From Candidatus Marinacidobacterales bacterium (GTDB lineage: Bacteria > Acidobacteriota > Vicinamibacteria > Marinacidobacterales > SMYC01), in assembly GCA_965237955.1 (NCBI GenBank), contig OZ250169.1:6752001-6816000 (forward strand): a stretch of 64,000 nucleotides of DNA, given 5' to 3'. Numbering within the stretch: position 1 is the first letter of the stretch; each line of letters begins with the position of its first letter. A model generated the notes under the pieces. That model was not told the origin of the DNA. It saw only the letters and a list, made by a program, of their open reading frames with translations, and did no database searches. Both the position numbers and the translations under genes were made by a program. Positions 61,107-64,000 of the stretch are shown piece by piece.

Positions 61107-61758
61107 GCTTCCTCTTGTAGGGCTTTCCGAACTTGTTGAGATGGGGGCGTTTCTTGAATTTGGAAACATCGAGCGTCAGCCGCACGCCGCTCGCACCAGC
61201 CTCGGTCACGACCACGGGCTGAGCGGTTCCGCCTTGCTCGCTCCACACTTTGACGGTGTAACTACCCGGTGGCACGCCCTCGATGGTGAAGCTGCCATCG
61301 ACCTCGACCCAAGTGTAGTAAGGGTTGGGCTGCACGAAAACGAACGCGCTCATGTCCGGGTGGATATTGCAGTAGATACGAACCAGGCCCGGATTCTCGA
61401 ACACGAAATCTTGCTTCGCACCCGATTTGTACAAACCGAGGTCGAAACGGTTCCCTTTGGAGATCGAGAACACGTTGTGCATGATGTTGTCCACGTTCGG
61501 AAACGTCACGCTTTTTCCGACGGGAATAGCCTCGACGTGCGGCGTGAATGACTTGTTCTGCGAAGTGATGACAACGTTTCGCTCTAGTAGCTCGTTGGGA
61601 ATGGCCTCTTCGACGCCGTCGACGTAAACGAGCACGTCTTTGACCAGTCTTCGCTCGACACCCCGCTTCTCGAGCACCGCGACCCGCCCCGAGATCTGGG
61701 CAGACGCATCGACCGATAGGAAAATCAGAGCGAGGAAACCGAAACAAAATCTACTCAT
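61093..61758 (-). CDS. Secreted cupredoxin-like protein with carboxypeptidase-regulatory-like domain
   Basis: HNVFS...YCNIHPDM (H, C, H, M type-1 copper ligands); VPPGSYTVKVW. Confidence 0.85.
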   Translation of the reverse strand: MSRFCFGFLALIFLSVDASAQISGRVAVLEKRGVERRLVKDVLVYVDGVEEAIPNELLERNVVITSQNKSFTPHVEAIPVGKSVTFPNVDNIMHNVFSISKGNRFDLGLYKSGAKQDFVFENPGLVRIYCNIHPDMSAFVFVQPNPYYTWVEVDGSFTIEGVPPGSYTVKVWSEQGGTAQPVVVTEAGASGVRLTLDVSKFKKRPHLNKFGKPYKRKRGKY

Positions 61759-61875
61759 GGCGTTCGTTCGAGCGAGGAATCGCATAGTAGCACAGATATT
61801 GCTTGACGCCAGTTTACGCCTTCCGTACGATGAAGACGATTCCTTTCCGCGCGAACAACCCAAGGAGACCAATTC

Positions 61876-63195
61876 ATGCGCCTTTTGCACTACTTCGTCA
61901 TCGTGTGGGTTGCAGCTCTATCCACTCTGGCGCGGGCTCAGGACGAGCCGTTCGAAGAGCCCGAGGAGATCGAGTTTCGAATCTCGGGCGAGGTCAAGGC
62001 GCACTACCGCTGGTCGCAGGAAGACGACTTCCCCCTCACTTTTTTTCCACCCGAGTTCACGCCGGTGGGACGGGATAGCGTCGAGCTCCGCACGGTTTCG
62101 CCGGGATCTTCGCTCGAGGTCAGTAAGGCCACGATTTTCTTAGAGGCTGATTTCCCTCGATCCATCTTCGGACGCGTGAAGATCGACTTCATCGATCTCT
62201 ATGACCGTAACCCGACGTCAGGCGATCGGAACGTCGACGTGGACGAAGCCTATCTCCGTTTCGGGATGAAGTACGAATCTCTGGAAGCCTTCGCCGGAAG
62301 CCATGTCTACGCGCTGTTCGGAAAAGCGCCCAAGTTCGAGCGCCAGCTATTCCGGCGCTTTTCGAGCTACGGTCTCGTATCGACGGCGTTCAACCGTTTC
62401 AACGATATCCAACTCCAGTTCGGCGGCAGCATCGGCACCAATTTCTATTTTCGAGCGCAGGTCAGCAACGGCAACCCAATATTCATGCGCGATCCGAACG
62501 CGCTCGCTGGTGACAACGGCGTCGTGCCACCACCCAACCCCGATATCACATTCAACTCCGGCTTTCCCATTTTTTACCATGCCGAGGTGGAGGAAGTCGC
62601 CTTCGACGGCAACATGGAGGGCGGTTTCGGAGCAGGCATCCGCTTCCTCTCCGAAGACCAAGAGACCGGCGTCGATATTCTCGGCTTCTACTACCAAACG
62701 ACACTATCGGAAGCGGCACCACTCAATGGAACTTTCTACGAAGGCGACCTCGATATCCTCAACGGTTTCGGCGTTAGCCTCGAGCTCGACGGCGACAAGA
62801 GACGAGAGTGGGGATTCAACGTCGACCTGGCGGTGCGCGACCTCGGCCTTTTTCTTCAATATGTCGACGAGGAATCGGCTTCGTTGCCGCGCACCGGCTT
62901 CGAATTGGAAATCGGCTACAGCATCGTCACCGGCGATCCTGGAGATCCCGGCGCACTGTTCACGGTCATCGAGCCGGTGCTCCGCTACAGCTATCTCGAC
63001 AACGATTTCAGGGCGCCGCCGGGATTCGTCGCCCCGAGCGTCGCGTGGGACTGGACGAAGATCGATGTGGGAGTGCGCCTCGCGATCATGCAGAACATCG
63101 ATCTAACGATGGAATACGCGTTCCACGACATCACCGCCAAGCAACAAATCGACCACAACGAGTTCCTATCGACGCTGCACTGGCCGTTTCCATAG
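61876..63195 (+). CDS. Putative outer-membrane beta-barrel/porin
   Basis: Signal peptide, VDEAYLRFG, alternating beta-strand pattern, aromatic C-terminus. Confidence 0.7.
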   Translation: MRLLHYFVIVWVAALSTLARAQDEPFEEPEEIEFRISGEVKAHYRWSQEDDFPLTFFPPEFTPVGRDSVELRTVSPGSSLEVSKATIFLEADFPRSIFGRVKIDFIDLYDRNPTSGDRNVDVDEAYLRFGMKYESLEAFAGSHVYALFGKAPKFERQLFRRFSSYGLVSTAFNRFNDIQLQFGGSIGTNFYFRAQVSNGNPIFMRDPNALAGDNGVVPPPNPDITFNSGFPIFYHAEVEEVAFDGNMEGGFGAGIRFLSEDQETGVDILGFYYQTTLSEAAPLNGTFYEGDLDILNGFGVSLELDGDKRREWGFNVDLAVRDLGLFLQYVDEESASLPRTGFELEIGYSIVTGDPGDPGALFTVIEPVLRYSYLDNDFRAPPGFVAPSVAWDWTKIDVGVRLAIMQNIDLTMEYAFHDITAKQQIDHNEFLSTLHWPFP

Positions 63196-63270
63196 CGCCC
63201 GCGCTCCGACGAGCAAGTTGCCCCCTGCCCCTGCCCTTGCCCCTCCGGGCAGACGCAGGGGGGCTGTTCG

Positions 63271-63831
63271 TCAGCGCTCGTGCTCGAAGTAGCCTCGGGT
63301 CAGGCTCGTACCCAGTATCTCTATCCTGTCCTCCGGCAGTTTCGCGAGGACACCGTACACTCTCACCGCAGGAAGCGTGGGGCGGCGTGATACGTCGACT
63401 TGAACGACGTAGATCTCGAGCTTCTTGAACTTATACACGACCCTCCCTTCGGCGTCGACGCCGGTGAGCTCCAAGTCGGCTCTCTCGGCCGCAGCACCTT
63501 CCAATACGCGCCCGTTCTGCGTCAGTACGATATCGGCTTCGCGCGCCACCCGGACGCTTGCTCGGAGATCGCCGAGATGATCTACGACGAACGCGCTACC
63601 TTCGTTCGGCGCGAGCCCGAGTCCATCCGCGGCGACGCGGTTCCGCGCTTGCTCGAAGCCGGCGTGCGCAATGAACTCTTCCGAGATGGTGTCGCGGTAA
63701 TCCAAGGACTGGCGCTGCCACTTGAGAGCCAGCGTTGCCAGTAGGAGTGTCGGCGGAAGGAGAACCGCGATCGCGACGAGGACGACAACGAGCGCGGCGC
63801 CGTGCGAATTCAATACCCGACTTTTTTCCAA
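63271..63831 (-). CDS. PilX/GspK-like N-terminal prepilin-type protein
   Basis: HGAALVVVLVAIAVL...FIAHAGFEQA pattern. Confidence 0.55.
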   Translation of the reverse strand: MEKSRVLNSHGAALVVVLVAIAVLLPPTLLLATLALKWQRQSLDYRDTISEEFIAHAGFEQARNRVAADGLGLAPNEGSAFVVDHLGDLRASVRVAREADIVLTQNGRVLEGAAAERADLELTGVDAEGRVVYKFKKLEIYVVQVDVSRRPTLPAVRVYGVLAKLPEDRIEILGTSLTRGYFEHER

Positions 63832-64000
63832 GCGTGCATCCTTACTTCAGGGGCGAGGCCCGAGCCGCGTTCGACGACGCCGGCGGCCAGCCCGACTGCG
63901 TAGCGCCCGGACGGACGCGGGAGATCGAACTTCAGCACGAGATTGGCTTCCTTGGCTCCCATGTAGAGAGAGCCCAAGGCGTCGAACGCCACGAAGTCGA
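63810..64000 (-). CDS. 3' end of a protein running off the window (NHL/beta-propeller-like)
   Basis: VAFDALGSLY...VLKFD. Confidence 0.4.
   Translation of the reverse strand, partial: DFVAFDALGSLYMGAKEANLVLKFDLPRPSGRYAVGLAAGVVERGSGLAPEVRMHAWKKVGY

Noticed and set aside
63218-63243. TGCCCC tandem micro-repeat after the porin gene
   Set aside because: Low-complexity intergenic tract, probably part of a hairpin between convergent genes; no further support
1-64000. CRISPR array, rRNA or complete tRNA
   Set aside because: No regularly spaced repeat-spacer series, rRNA-like tract or full cloverleaf seen; only a 22-nt tRNA 3' fragment

Overview
GC-rich bacterial window; gene content and style suggest Acidobacteriota or similar (inference). 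Housekeeping and metabolic genes include tlyA-nadK, EVE, BON, an SSS symporter, an XDH-family Mo subunit, lemA/TPM, glpD, a FadB-like enzyme and OmpA. They are interleaved with six largely complete IS elements (2x ISL3, IS5, IS256, IS110, IS630), an IS3 remnant, an IS630-derived MITE and many pseudogenes with nonsense codons, frameshifts or internal collapses. Best candidates: (1) a non-canonical sigma54-driven phage-shock/ESCRT-III-like operon (1101-aa polytopic membrane protein + PspA/IM30 + small protein) facing a multi-TM histidine kinase/NtrC-type pair, with pspA split by an ISL3; (2) an IS110 whose upstream non-coding arm visibly contains guide matches to its own target and donor junctions (bridge RNA); (3) two unannotated structured RNA candidates (43033-43318 and 58212-58412); (4) a cupredoxin / porin / sensor-HAMP-cyclase-Ser/Thr kinase signalling cassette; (5) a shattered capsule/EPS locus. 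No CRISPR array, rRNA or intact tRNA was seen. All family calls come from motif recognition without database searches.
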